In this document: one piece after another, positions 35,363 through 49,560 of the stretch | Numbering within the stretch: the stretch's first letter is position 1 | How the letters are laid out: each line of letters starts with the position of its first letter | Source: Chlorokybus atmophyticus | Lineage: Eukaryota > Plantae > Mesostigma and Chlorokybus algae | Assembly (NCBI GenBank): GCA_009103225.1 | Contig: RHPI01001010.1 | Span: 124,001-188,000 of the forward strand | Length of the DNA stretch: 64,000 nucleotides | Reading direction: 5' to 3' | The notes under the pieces: generated by a model | The model's input: only the letters and a program-made list of their open reading frames with translations | What the model was told of the DNA's origin: nothing | Database searches by the model: none | Translations under genes and position numbers: made by a program

Positions 35363-36562
35363 CACAAGTGGTTTGCCTTGTGTGCATAATACATGTGCGA
35401 CGCAACCATGTCTGGTACACATTGCGCCGTATGTGACATATTGCAAAAGCAACCCCTGCTCGCAACTCCTAACAAGCCTTTCCAAACATTCAGTGGCAAA
35501 TAGGCCTAGCATTAGTGTCTCGTCGCTTGTTACGCGTCGGTTCCCCACCTCTCCCCATTACATGAAAGCCCATGCAAATGCCGCTGACTCTAACTAACGT
35601 GCTCAGAATGTAGTGGTGCGTGTGCAGGGGCCTAGACCACAGCACCACTCCCATCTAGGTATTTACGTTATGATGAATTGTATGCTTGCGGTAAAAACGT
35701 TGAGAGTGATTGTCATACCCTATGCCAGCAAATTGCTTGGCAACCAACTCGTTATGCTGGCGTTTGCTACTACTCAATATTGACATGCGCTGTCGTGGAT
35801 ATTATTGACAATGCATGAACCACACCCTACTTGCTAATGTCCCTGTGCTGGACGCAGCTGCAGCGCACAAACGTTTGTCATACAAAAGCATAACAATTTA
35901 GACTCGACACGCCGCAGCAAGCGATTGCCCTTTTCGGCAACTGGTTCACTACGGACGTTGCTTGACAGCGAGCAATTGCCCTTTTTAGCAAATGGTTTGC
36001 TACGGACGCTGCTTGACAAGCAGAACGCTCTTGTGGACGTCGCCTTGCACTGCCCAGTGTACAGGGCATACGAGATGCCGATAAGAGCACGCAACCAAAA
36101 GAATCCAACTGCATATAGCAAACAACACGCATTAAAATGTTGCATGCAAGACCACCGAGCTTACTGTTGCCTCTACTATACTCCCACTCTTACCGCCCCC
36201 CTTGTTGGTGATGCATGCATGCATCCATGGCAATCCTAGTTACCTGCATCGCGATTGTACAACATATGTGCTTATGTGCCGTGCTTCAAGAGGCCTAGGC
36301 GCGGACTGCTATCCATCATTAAGTACAATGAACACTAACTTGCTTTATTTTAATGGCAACGTTCATGTGACAATTGCAGTATAATATGCTACTAGTTGGT
36401 GGTGGTGTTGTATGTGGTGCTGCTTGTTGCTAGCGATGTTGTACACCGCTAGCACCACTCAGAGCATACACACGTGTAGTGGTTATTGCAGTGGTTATTG
36501 CATATGCAGAGAATGCGAAAGTCATGATAATGCACTTTTTCGTTATTACATGTGCCCCTCCC

Positions 36563-36742
36563 TCCATAGCTGGCAACACTCTGCATTGACTTGCCGCTGG
36601 CAGGTGTAAAGGCTGCACTAATGGCTTTGAGGAATAGGCAGGGCAAAGGGGTGTAGGTGGATGTGAGATGGCTAAGACAAGGAACAGAAGGCAACAGCTG
36701 CCGTATAAGTAAAATGTTGCAAAGATAAGATACTGCGCTCAA
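36563..36742 (+). repeat. 180-bp copy of 30158-30337, next to N at 36743
   Basis: Identical sequence that ends exactly at the single N. Confidence 0.8.
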
Positions 36743-37423
36743 NGTTGCAACATATATGTAATGTTGTGTATTGATTTGTTGATTGGTGTGTTCAACCAAT
36801 GCTATGATTGTCGCCGTTTGTATGTACTGTTGCATATTGTGCAGACCGTACATGCATGCTTGGATAATGCCTAATCTTTAAATGATGATGTTCAATGCAT
36901 CGTTGTTATGTATAAAACACAAGTACAATTCGAAATCTCGTACATATAATTGATTGAGTACATTATTGCATCTACAACGAAGTTAGCACTTGCATGTATT
37001 GCATTTAGGGGTAGCGTACATGCTAATGAGGCCATATATACGACACCCGGAAACAATTGGCAACCGGATAAAGCAATCGATAACTGAAGGTGCGTTACAT
37101 GGCATATTGCATGTCATCATACAGTACGGCTTACCTCGGTCTGCACGTACGCTGGTCTGTGTAAGGCCCTCCTTCTAGAATGCAGCTGAAAGGGGCTTTT
37201 CCAGTGCAAACATTTCCAGTTTCCACACATCGAGCATTCATGATTGGTGGGCGCGGCTCCTGCTGACGTCTGCGCCAACAGGGCAGCAGCATACGTGGCA
37301 CGCTGTCGTAGCAGCACCTCGCTTCCTTTATCCTTCTGATTATTCTAGCAGCACTACTTGCATGCTCTCATCCGGTGCTTACCTGTTACAGAGCTGAGCC
37401 GGAGTCGGCTATTGTGGTTCAGC

Positions 37424-39811
37424 ATGGCGACGGCGGCAGCGGCGGCGGTGGCGGCGAGCAGCATGGCGGTGGCGGTGCGGAGCCCCGTGTTGCCGAGGGG
37501 GCTCTCATGCCGCTTGGAGGGCCTGCCCCGCACCGCCCTGCACAGTTGTAGGCGGATGCCAGCGGCCGCTGGGTTGTCCAGCATGGGATCCTCCTTCCAG
37601 GGATCAGCGGCGCTGGGGCGGCGGCGGCTGGGAGAGCACAGGAAGCCTGCGCTGAGGGTTTGTGCCACCTATGTTAGCGACGGAGCTCCGGCGGAGTCCA
37701 AGGACATCGCCGATGGTGTGCTTCAGGCGGTGGTGAGCGATCAGGCCCAGGCTGCCCTGTCCACCAGCCCTAGCTCCAGCCTTGGGCCGTTGGCGTGGCT
37801 GGCGGAGAAGGCGGTGGCGGTGCTGGGACATATCAGACAGAGCGTCTCCCTCAAAGCCGTGCTGGCCCTCGCGGTTGCCGCCACCATCGCGCTCAACACC
37901 CCAAGCAGCGCTCTGGCAGCCAGGTTAGCACACAGTTGCTGGTTGAAACGCATACAGTGCACTCACCGCACAATTGTGACTCGAAACACTTTCACCTTGT
38001 CACATCAGCACCATTTATAAATATGTGAAGGGTTTATTAACAGGAGACAAAATCTGTGACGTGTTGTGTTGTGTGCTGCTTTGTCCCCACTTCACACAAA
38101 AGTTGTAGAGCTTTATACATTATGTCACAGATATTTGCCATGGTATTCAGTCGCTGAGTGGTTGTTGCTAACCGTGCAGTGGCGGACGCATGGGCGGAAG
38201 AAGCTTTGGGTCCTCGTCATCCCGTTCCTCCTCATCCTCAAGGAGTTACTCATCGTCCCGCGGCTCCTCCTCCTTTGGCTCCTCCTTCTCATCACGTGGC
38301 GGCTCCTACTCCTCTTCTCCCAGCCTCGGTGGGGGCTCCTACTCCCCCGGGTACTCGTCATCAATCAGTCCCTTTGGCTTTGGCTGGGGCACACGATCGT
38401 ACGCTCCGTCTGCTACGGCCTCTGTAGTCGTGCCCGTTTATGCAGGGTAAGACTCAACACTGCACATATATACACATGCGCGCACACACAGGCAGCTACA
38501 CCCACAAGTGCATGCATAGGCAAAGGTGTGTGTACATGCACAAGCACATATGGGTATGCACACATGCACACGCGCATGCATAGTTTCCGGCTTGCCTAGG
38601 CGTACGCACATGCACCCCCCCACACACACGCACCCCCTTCACACGCACGCATGCTCGCACTCACCATTTATTGTCCATTGTTTGCAGGGCGACCCACTCA
38701 GCGTTTGATGGCATTTTGAGCACTGCGTTCTGGGTGCTGATCGTCGGCTTCATTGGCTATGTCGCGTACTCCGCCTTTGCTGGCACCACTGAGGACACTG
38801 AGGACTCTGGGTATGGCTACCAGACCTCATCAGTGATGCGCCTCCAGGTACATTTGTCGTTAGTGTGGCGAGTGTGGTGCATGATGCAACACAGTGGCTG
38901 TTATACTACAGTATAGTCTGATGTACATCACAGTGAGTGGTGTCATAACAGCTTACAGATGTTGTAATATCAACTACTGCGTGGAACACAGTAGTTGTTA
39001 TTGCAACCATATTGACACCCAAGTGGTTGCTGTGTGTAAGTGCGGTCATGACAACAACAACCTCAACACTAGGCATGTTTGGTTTTACAGCAGTACTAGT
39101 GTGGCTGTTGTGTCGCCAGGATTACGTTGCAACATGTATCATCGTCATGTCTCTAAGTTCACATACAACTGTAACATGTGTATCGTTGCAATATTTGGTG
39201 TCAGTGTGCATGATAGTGTGACAGTTATTGTGAAGCCTTGATCTCACTTGTTGTCATGAACTGTGCAGGTGGGTCTGTTGGGTATGGCTCGTACGCTGCA
39301 GCGGGACCTGGAGAAGATTGCGGACAAGGCCGATACGTCCACGCCGGAGGGTCTGCACTACGTGTTGACTGAGACGGTTTTGGCCCTGCTGCGCAACCCC
39401 GAATACAGCGTGTACGGCTTCTCCTCGTCGCAGCGCCTCAACGACGTGGACGCCCTCGAGCGCTCATTCAACGAGCTCTCCCTCGAGGAGCGCCGCAAGT
39501 TCAAGGAAGAGACCCTTGTGAATGTGGATTCGCGCCGCCAACGCCGCACACCCACATTCTCATCCTCCTCTTCAAGTGGTGCCGGATCCAACGAGTACAT
39601 CATTGTCACGCTCCTCGTCGCTGCCGATGGCAAGTACAAGATACCTGAAATCAACTCATACACGGATCTACGTTCCGCCTTGCAAATGCTGGGGTCTGTC
39701 CCGGCTGATAGCCTCCAGGCTGTGGAGGTGTTGTGGACTCCACAAGATGAGAATGATGCGCTTTCGGCCGATGAGGTGCTGCACGACTACCCGATGCTCA
39801 GAACCTTGTAA
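37424..39811 (+). CDS. FLAP1: DUF1517 chloroplast protein, FLAP1-like
   Basis: Transit peptide, GGRMGGRSFGSSSS Ser/Gly tract and a TM segment. LQVGLLGMARTLQRDLEKIADKADTSTPEGLHYVLTETVLALLRNP, EERRKFKEETLVNV, NEYIIVTLLVAA, AVEVLWTPQ...DYPMLRTL*. Confidence 0.88.
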
Positions 39812-40663
39812 GTAGGAGTCAAGTAGGTTTTGCTGAGGTTACATTGCCCCGGCTTTGTTTTGTGTATTCTGTTATTATGGCTGTACCCGCCTAGTGTACA
39901 ACGTATTACTCTAAACCCTTGCACCCGCCTAAAGCATTGACTGGCTTTTCACATCCATTGTGCCTTGGTGTGCTGCATGAAAGCTTGCGTAGTGTAGTGA
40001 TTAGATCGCTGTTGGCTGCTTGCCAACTCACAATGCTCTGGTGGCAACATGTTGTTGTGTGGCGCACAGTGTTGTTTTTTCTTCTAATGAAATTGGTAAA
40101 TGTCTGTCTACACGACCAAGATGCAGGGCTCTGTGTGTACAGAGAACGTAAGATGTATGTGCTGTGTTTTGGTGTGATTATATGGCATGGGCTTTGTAGA
40201 AACTTGACACACATCCTGTCACACGAAGTAACAACAACGTCAAACCACTCATCATTATAAATTCTCCCTAAACTTATCCAGCAGCAAAGCAAGGTGAACT
40301 TGTGCATTGCACTGAACTGCAAACAACTGTTGGTTACCAATGCCATGGTAGCTACCTGATGCTCGTGAAGAGGGGTTGATGCACAACGCGTGCATACTGC
40401 CATGTGGACGGCATGAACAGTACGTGAGTGCAATATGGGATTGCAACGACAGCATTCAACTGCACTGTTGTGCCACACCATGACCGTGCACGCAGTGTTG
40501 TTGCAATCGCATGAAAATTAGGCAGGTTTAAGGTGTTGTTGCTTTTCACCAACACAAGCAATGACTTCCTACCATCTGCACCACGATACAAGACAAGGCC
40601 AGTACGAGCAACTCGCATGTTGCACAATCAAAATGAGCAAGTCCACACGCTAAACACACTCAC

Positions 40664-41547
40664 TCACACATTGAAGACGAAAGGCAGCTCGACAAAGTCC
40701 ACATCGCCCTCCTCCTGGTCGCTCGGCATCGCCAAGTATGCAATGCCAACATCCCGCTTGCCTGGCATGTGCTGCGCCCATCTCTCCAGCTTCAACGCCG
40801 TCACGCTCGCCGCCCACGCGCGCAAACTCCCCGAAAACACCTGCTTGTTGGGCCCTCCTCCTCCTCCTCCTCCTCCTCCTCCCGCAGGTGTCATGCCATT
40901 GGCAGCCACCACTAAGGAGGGCACATGTTGGCCCTGCCTCGTCACGGCGTCTCTGAGCCTGTCCTTCAGGTCATCCACGGATACGCCCTCGGGATGGTGG
41001 TCAAATAAACCAGCCTCGTCGTAGAGGAGGACCAGGCCGGGGTCGTCAGCGCCGCTCGCATGCAAGGCTTGTTTGAGGGCGGCGAGCTGGTCTCCAACCA
41101 GAGGAGGCTGCATGGCTTCGTAGATGATTCCTGCGTCAACAGCACCTGTGTGCATGCATCAATGCATATGCGTGCGTGTGTGCATGTGCATGTCTGTATG
41201 TAATTGCTTCCCTGAGACAAGACACATGCAGTATCACGTCTCCGTGCATGTAAGCCTGATCTAGCATTGTCAATAGCGGCTTTTCTGCTCCGATGATAAA
41301 GAACGTCATTGGCTCGCATGCATGCAGATGGGTTGGAGTACAACACACATAGCAGCTTGCTGAAGACTGCATCGCATGTGGTTACAACCCTAAGTCATAA
41401 GTCGAGCTGCATGCAGCTTAATAAAGGTAGGGTGGCTCAAGTGAGCCACATGCATGCAGCACTGTGGCTACCTTAATCTTCTGCGCCTGACATTACACAC
41501 AGACACGTACCTTGTTGATGCATGCCACCTGTCATGGTGCTGTCCAT
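40664..41547 (-). CDS. Hypothetical ~195-aa protein (3 predicted exons)
   Basis: In-frame splice MDSTMTGGMHQQ|ANDVLYHRSRKAAIDNARS|GAVDAGIIYEAM...FVELPFVFNV*. The last exon is long, GC-rich and has coding-like composition. No family recognised. Confidence 0.55.
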
Positions 41548-42134
41548 CGTGGATGTTTGTGGTCGTGGCCGCAAGGGCGTCTCTTCACCCTCTAATTTTT
41601 ACACCTCTCCTCCCCTCACTGCCCAGCACACAGCGACCGCCAGCCAAGCCTTGGCCTTGCTCTCAGGGTTGCGTGCATGCATGACAAGCCTCTCAACCAC
41701 TCTCTAGACCATTGGTAATTCAACCAATAACCAGTTGATCAATTGATGAATGGTTCAGGCATCCAATCAATCAATCATTCAAGTAGTCAGCGCACTAGCC
41801 ACGTAGTTTCCGTTTCCACTGAGATACGAGAGCACACACTGAACAAGGACCTATCTGGCCCCTTTGCTGTGGTGGGACTTTACACACGTCACCAGAAACG
41901 GAGCGTGCTACAGCAGCCAGACATATGCATTGCCATGTTAGGGATGCTGGTGGGGGTGTTTGTTTTAAGTCCAAACTCTGTACAGCAATTGCGGTGATTA
42001 TACACAAGGACTGGACTTGGGCTGGTGTCTTGTGTGCGCTGTGTGTATGGGAATACCAACAGCAACGCTGAGCAACTACGTCTGTGATTGCAGCAACACA
42101 TGCGTGACAAACAAAAACACAACCAAGTGTCCTT

Positions 42135-44047
42135 TCATTCGCAGGTGAAAGTCTGGCTCCCTTCCCACTCCTCGCCCGCCTTGAGAACGATAGGCGTGCC
42201 GATGGCGCCGGCCTCCACGCACAGGAACACCTTGTACTCCTCGTCGCCAAGGTCGGCCGTCGCCTTGGCCTTGTCAATCCAAGGGTTCCAAACCACTGCC
42301 GCAAGAAAGCAATATGACCGATTCAAAGTTGAAGCATTGAACGACAGTGTGATTGTATGATATTAAGTCACCTGCGTCGGGAAGGTTGCTCTTTGTGATG
42401 GTGATGGATCGCTTGTTGCCGCCGTCGGCGATGACAATTGTGTTTGGGGCGTTGAGGTAAATGCGATCAACCTGCGCATCATAATGCCGTGGTGTTGACT
42501 TACTGGAATCGCAACAAACTGCGCCAGGCATGATGTTGTAAAAGCACATGTGGCAACTAATGCAAATGTCTGTGCGCTTGCCTCGCGGTCGAAGATGAGA
42601 AAGTTGGACGACTCGCTCTTCTGCTGCCTCTTCTCCAAGTTGTCCAGGTAGGTGAGACCTTTAAGACCATGCACCTGAGCTTGGCTGCACAATTGGCATA
42701 CTCAGTTTAGGACTAACAATGACACACGTGCACACACATTCATGCATGCGCACATGCTTGTGTGTGCACGTGCCCACCCACTCACACGCGCACGCACGCA
42801 CACATGTGAACGCACTTTGCCCACGCCATACCTACCTAATGTCTGCAACGCGAAAGTATGTGTGCAGCGCGAATGTGAAAGAGAACTCGGAGTCGCCTGT
42901 GTTCTTGACTGAGACCGCCACATGCAGCGAGGAGGCGTCTTGCAAAGTGGCGGTTAACCTCACGTCCGCGCTGCAAGCAAATATACAACTGCCCTCAGGC
43001 AAACGCACACGTATGACTTTAAATCTGCAGTTGAGGATTGACGCTGTCTTCATGTCGCCCTGTTATGTATAGCACATGTGTGGCAACCGCTACGAGTGCC
43101 TAATGTTAACCTTCACGAAGCTTAAGTGTAGGTCGCTGCCTGTAAGCATGCACCACAGTAAATTTGCTTTGACAAAGCCCTTTCGTAAATCCAGCATGCT
43201 CTGCAGAAGCTTGCATGTACAACCGTATAACAACCATGCTTGGCTTTCTGACTTGGGGAGCCCATACCATGATGTGGAACCAATTATGCAATGGTTAGTC
43301 AACTGTGCGTGCAAGTGTGCGTGCGTGCTGCTGCCCCACACCTGTGCGGCCAGGCCTGCAGGTCCTCCACTGTTGGCTGCAAGCTCAGCACAGCGGAGTC
43401 ACCACTGTGTGAAGCGACATTCCAGCTGCGGTTGCGCGCAAAGCCGTGCTGCGCCTTTAGGGAGCCCAAGTCGCTGAACTATACACATGCAGCCAACGAG
43501 GGTTTCATGCATGTCACCAACACCGCATTGCTAGTAACAAGCCTGAACTGACATGTAATCAACACACCGCACCTGTGGGAAGCACACTGGGATGCCGCCT
43601 CTTATGGCTTTGGGAGGCTTAAACACCGCCTGCAAGCGTCGAGTAACACATAAGCCAAATGTTTCCTCTGTTGTCCTATCTACCTTGCATGCAATGTCAA
43701 AGCATGGACAACTGAACAGCACAAAGCGTGTGAAATCCACAGTCAATCACACCTCCTTGCTGGTGAAGATGATCTCGTCTCCAGCTGGCGTCGTCCACGC
43801 AGTCAAATGGGCGCCATGCAGAAAAACCTATTGCAACCAAATCAACAAGCAAGCAAGTAACTAAGCAGTCAGTTGTGCACAGGCATGTGTCGGTTGAGGC
43901 TTCAACTGTAAACTGCATGCAAGCGCACAGCATGCACATCTTTCTCACCTTCGCGGAGGCGCCCGAGGCATGCTGGAGCGTCAGCTTTGGCAGGCCAGAC
44001 GCCTGGTCCGTGACGACGGCGACGCTGGCAGCGGCGGCGTCCGCCAT
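42135..44047 (-). CDS. Aldose 1-epimerase family / glucose-6-phosphate 1-epimerase
   Basis: FLHGAHLTAW, KAIRGGIPVCFPQF, QHGFARN, FTFALHTYF, GLTYLDNL, EVDRIY, DAVVWNPW, FLCVEAG. Confidence 0.92.
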
Positions 44048-46899
44048 CCTGCCACGTGGAGACTGGCTGCCAGTGTCTACCCAAACTGGCTCTGATCACT
44101 GAACACACATTTGCATGCCCAAACTTTCCACATCAAGGGGCCCAGTGCCTCAGGTTACCACATCCAGCTTACAGGTAGCTCAAGGGGGACACACAGGGAA
44201 CTTAGAGCGAGAGGTTGCAAGCCTTACCGGTAAAATGTGGTTTCTTGTTGAGATACATCATTTGCGTGCAATTTACATGCAAATACATCTTATCATAATC
44301 ATTTACACAAGTGAAACCTGGTCCTTATTAATAAAAGCTACATGTAAAGAGGGTCGATACAAAAGAAACGGGCCCAACAGCTAATGTGCCCCCCCCTCAA
44401 ACCCGAGGCATCAATAAGATATGAGGAAGTATTGTGGAAACGGGTGCATGTGACAACTTGCATACCGATACGTTGATCATCATGATGCAGGATTGATACA
44501 GTAATTACTTGACTTGAATTGGCATCACGTAATTATAATCATCACACGATTTTTAACAAGTTTACAAAGTAAACACATACTTCATCTATGTTGTAAGCTT
44601 CATGGTGCTGATAACAACGGTGGTTGTGGTTACCACTCTCTTGCATGCGAAATTGAGGTGGTTATTATAGATAAGCTTTTTATTCCACTTACATAAAGGT
44701 TGACCTACTTTGAACGTGATGCATGTGCAAATATCAATGCAAATGGTGAAGACATGACTTGATATATTGCAAGTTGCATTATCGTGCTGATTATGTGTTA
44801 ATAAATTGTGTGATACTTAATTATATCCGGTCATCACTTTATACGATGTTGCCGTATGTATTGCTCATAATGAACATTCATAAATTGTTGCAAACGACGA
44901 GTGAACATGTACATGTGGCATGTTCCGCAATGTGCAACGTGTAACTGCAAAAACGACAAATAGCGAAATTTGGACGTCGAAGACATCAATGTAATAACGG
45001 TATAACTACATGATTATATAAATTGGCAATTTATCTATGTAATTGTATGGTGCTCGTGTTGGTAAGCTTTGTCGCGAGTGTTGATATTGATGAGGTTCGC
45101 GCTCAACATATACAACATTGTCTCAACAAGTATTTATTTTATTTGCAAGAAATCATGTCAAGTTATTTGCTTGTTAAGCTTGCCTCAATGAGTAAGAACA
45201 CGCTTATTGTACAAAAAGACGCATGCTTCAAAAAATACCCTTGTAATTTTTTCTTCGTATAACATAGCCAGTTAATCGTAGACATTGTTTTGCGTATATA
45301 TGTCGAGTTATTGTAACAGACGCGCATCGAATCACATTACATGTGGTCTGCATCTATCATAATATGTGACATCCTCATTCACTCACGTGCTCACAACAAT
45401 TCACCTCATAAGCGACACCCTCAACCAACATATTTGCGATATACTCGTTACGTAATGAGGGCACTGATTATGATGAACAGTGCTGATATGCAACTCCAAA
45501 TGTTCCAACATGGCGCACGTCTTGAAGCGGCTCACGCTATATATATGATTTGTTCCTTCTTTCTTGCGTAAAATATGTTGGATTTTAAAAACTCATTAAG
45601 TGGTTAATCGCGTTCATCCTCATTTAACTCTTACAGCACAATTAAGGCATGTGCCTGGGTCATGCATCACAGGTGTGCGTACATGTGCATGTGTTTGTAA
45701 GAGTGCGCAATGCCGGAGCTGCCAAAGCCGCATAAGATCTCTTTTACCCACCAATGTTATTACCAAGCTTTGTGCCTTCCTCAATGTATTTGTCCTGGGT
45801 GTAAATGCGAGCCTCTAAGTTATAACTGCCACTTCGCAGGCTTTGAATGCAATACCGTGCTAAAATTTTGTGAATTGAATAGCGTTTACAAGATGATTTG
45901 CTGCCTTAATAGCATGCAAGTTTCATTAAACGCATGAGTTCATGCATATGATGAGGCTTGTAAAATTTTAAAACTTGTGTAGAGCTAGAGGCTGACCCAC
46001 TGGTGCGTGCTACAAAAATACTTATATGCATCACGCGGCATGCATATAAATACATACATATCATATTATGTAAGTACTTGAGTTTAAATTGCGTATGACT
46101 ATCCATTTATTATGACATATGTACTGCTACGCAACACAAATTCACGCAAATACATTGCAGTTCAACTTCAGGAGTCAACTTTATGGTTGAATCGGGAAGC
46201 TGACCCCGGTATTTCAGAGTTTATCAAAAAATCATGGTTGAAATCTGAAGTACAGCGGTCAACTTCAAGGCTTGAATCCTGAGGTCAAACTGCAGCAACA
46301 TTTATGCATGAACTTATATTGCGTAGTGCTATGCTGCTTAGTTATTGTCATGATTGGTAATTATGCCCTATAATTATTAGTGTGGGAGCCTTATTGCATC
46401 GATTACTGAGATTAAAGAATTATACATAATAAAAAGCATGCGTGTATATAAGGTCATAAATCAGAGCTTAATAGATGATGGCGTGCAGTTTAAAATGTCG
46501 GTATTTGGTACAAAATGAAAGGCCAAAAGAATCTTGTGCCGCTTTAGCAACAACGCACAAGTAATAGCTCATGCGTTGCCACGTATACAATGGCGCAATG
46601 CCACAATTTACAATGGAAGAGCACTTACAAAGCGCGTTTGCACTGCCTCAAAGTATCCAATAGCAATTACGATAATATTCTGCTACAATTGTTTGTTACC
46701 CCTTCATACAAAAAAAAGATTAAATATACTTTTGAAACAATAAAAAAGACATTTAATTTTTGTACTCCTGAACCAAATGCAATATAAAGTTTTGTGACGC
46801 TAAAAAAAACCAATCATTAATGTATTAAATAAATTTGTCAGCTGTACAGTTGTATTTGAAATCATGCTTACCCGCATGCATGCACGAGATGCACAGCAC

Positions 46900-47072
46900 G
46901 CACACATATACATATGTATATATACATAAATATATATGTGTGTGTGTACATATATGTATGTGTCTGTGTACATATATGTATATATAGCAAATATATGTAT
47001 GTGTATTTATATATGTATGTGTCGATGTACATATACTATGCAAGGCACACATATGTATGTATGTATGTATAC

Positions 47073-47116
<44 letters not shown>

Positions 47117-49041
47117 ATATATATATAAATACACATATATAGATACACATAGTAAAGTAATTATGCATGGCCAACCGCAATGCGCATTTGCGTCCAACAG
47201 ATGCTGACCAATGGTTTTGAAAGTGTTAGAAGGTTCTCTTTAACGCGGTTGTTCTGCCGGTGGCGTTATTAATCGCGCCATTTGTACGTCAAGCCCCACA
47301 TCCGTCATAAGCTTCAACTCATTTATTTTGTTTTCCTTGCTGCTGAACATTGATAAGCATATTCAGCGTCATGCAATGGTGGTTGAACAAATGAGCAAGT
47401 CATGACACCATGTAATCTTTTGAGTATTAAGTTGGACTGTATCAAGCTTACATTGCTAACATTATCGACAACTCACAAGTATTGTTATCATCTACACGCA
47501 TGAAATGGTCTTTGACGCAGATCGTTGTTGATATAGGCGTGGATACTAATGAACATAGTCTCCCAATGTCATTCTATCGTTGAAGCGCTTAAGCTGAACC
47601 GCATTAACATATTCGCCTGAAGTTGTGTAGGGAAACAGTATATGTTATGCTGCTTGTGGTGTGTTGGGCATGGGTGTGCCTGGGGCTGGAGTTGTGTGAA
47701 GAAGTTGGTGGTCATCCTCTCCTCCCTTGGTGCACTGCTGCAACTTCCCCTGCACCGTGGTGCTGACAGCATTTTCGCTGTAAGTTCCTGGTGCGTGTGC
47801 ATAAGTTTGCCAAGCCCCGATCAGCAAGTAAATAGTGGTATCGTAACAGCGAGAAATGCATATCTTAAAGTATGTACTTTCAAAAATTTGTGCTCCACAT
47901 CATAGTTGATTATATCACAAATAGTCGGAAGCGCTGTTACCACCTCGAGATTGCACGCAACTACAGCATCCCCGTGAAGGAAATGTTATAGCTCACGCCA
48001 CAGTATAACGTTTGCTAAATTACAGGTGACGTTATGCGCCGTCGTGTTTACTTACAACGTATCATTATGTGGCGTGCGCAAAATTTTTTGCGCGCGAGTT
48101 GCATAAGACGTTTACTACAAGGTGTGTGCAAATATTATGCAAAGCTTTGTATATAATATGATGGTGTGTACTACATAGCGTATTTTGTTGAAAACACCCC
48201 CTTGTTCCATCACCCTCATTGAAGGGGGGGGGGGGGGGGGGGNGTTGTTTGGCACCCCCCTTTTACAGCAATATGGTACCCTAATCAACACCCCCATTAA
48301 TTCTTTTCCGGAGGGCTTAGTTTGTAAGAGGGGGTTTTATTCGATAAAATACGGCAGCAATTGTTGCATTCTAATTAGGGAAGATCTCGTAACGAAAATG
48401 GGAATGTACATTGCAGTTTAGCGCATCTTGGGTTATACAACGGGTATGAGCAAAGGCTTACTATATCTTATGCCCAAGCAACGGCAATTGAGTAATTGTG
48501 TACTTGTTGACATGTGCGTTAGTGGCACAAGTTGCGCACAACGTTGCAAGTTGGCGTTAAAATGCGCTTTGCCGGTCGCAGTTTTATGTGTACGACGTTT
48601 GCCAACCTTTCCCCAACATCTCTTCTGAACAACCTTGAACCTGTGCTATTGTTTACTATTGCTCCCTCCAACAGCAATTAAGTAACTTAATTGGATAATA
48701 AAATAGAGATCAGCAAAGAACAACTGCGCCATGACTTGACATAGCTTGTCTTTAGCGTGGGGCTGGGAATCAACCAGATTTTGGCTTCGTTTAACGAACC
48801 AATAAACATTATTTTAACAATAACATTGACAATTTGTTACATTAACAGATGTTTGTAATGACAAACTGAATAGCCACATTTACGACCAAGCTTATTATAA
48901 ACGAACATAAAATGAATACAAATGCGAAATCAAAGTTGTAACATATAGCTTCATAAACTTTAAGTTTATATTTTTGACACATATACATGTATGTATCCAT
49001 ATATATATATATATACATATATATATACATATATATATATG

Positions 49042-49072
<31 letters not shown>

Positions 49073-49560
49073 CCAAAGGATAGAGTACGTAGTTTATTTA
49101 TATATATATATGCATTGTAACATTATTAAACAAGATTATACACATATGTTTATATGCAAACCTACGTTGTGCATGTGCCACATACACGCACACGCGTGTA
49201 AGAGCATATATATGTACATATATACACATATGTAGCTAATTGTGCACATATACATTTATATGTTCATATGTATATGCGTCACGCATACGGTATGCGCGTG
49301 TGTGTCTATTGATACATGCGTGTACATATATGTATATGTGTGCGTTACACATACTTCATACACGCACACGCGTGTATGAGCATATATATGTACATAGATA
49401 CGCATATGTAGCTAAACGTGCACATATACATTAATATGTTTATATGTATATGCATATGCGTGTGCGTGTATATAAATACATGCACAAATATACATATATA
49501 TATATATATGTGTATATATATATGTATATATGTATATGTATATCTGTGCGTTACACATAC
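46900..49560. repeat. (TA)n/(TATG)-rich low-complexity tracts (~46900-47150 and ~48985-49560)
   Basis: Read directly from the sequence. ORFs here are I/Y-rich artefacts. Confidence 0.85.

Noticed and set aside
35920-36021. Two ~51-bp tandem units with CPF..YGRC translation
   Set aside because: There are only two degenerate copies, one with an in-frame stop, so there is no basis for a zinc-finger or element call.
48440-48800. Degenerate transposase fragment
   Set aside because: The resemblance is vague, with multiple stops and no diagnostic motif.
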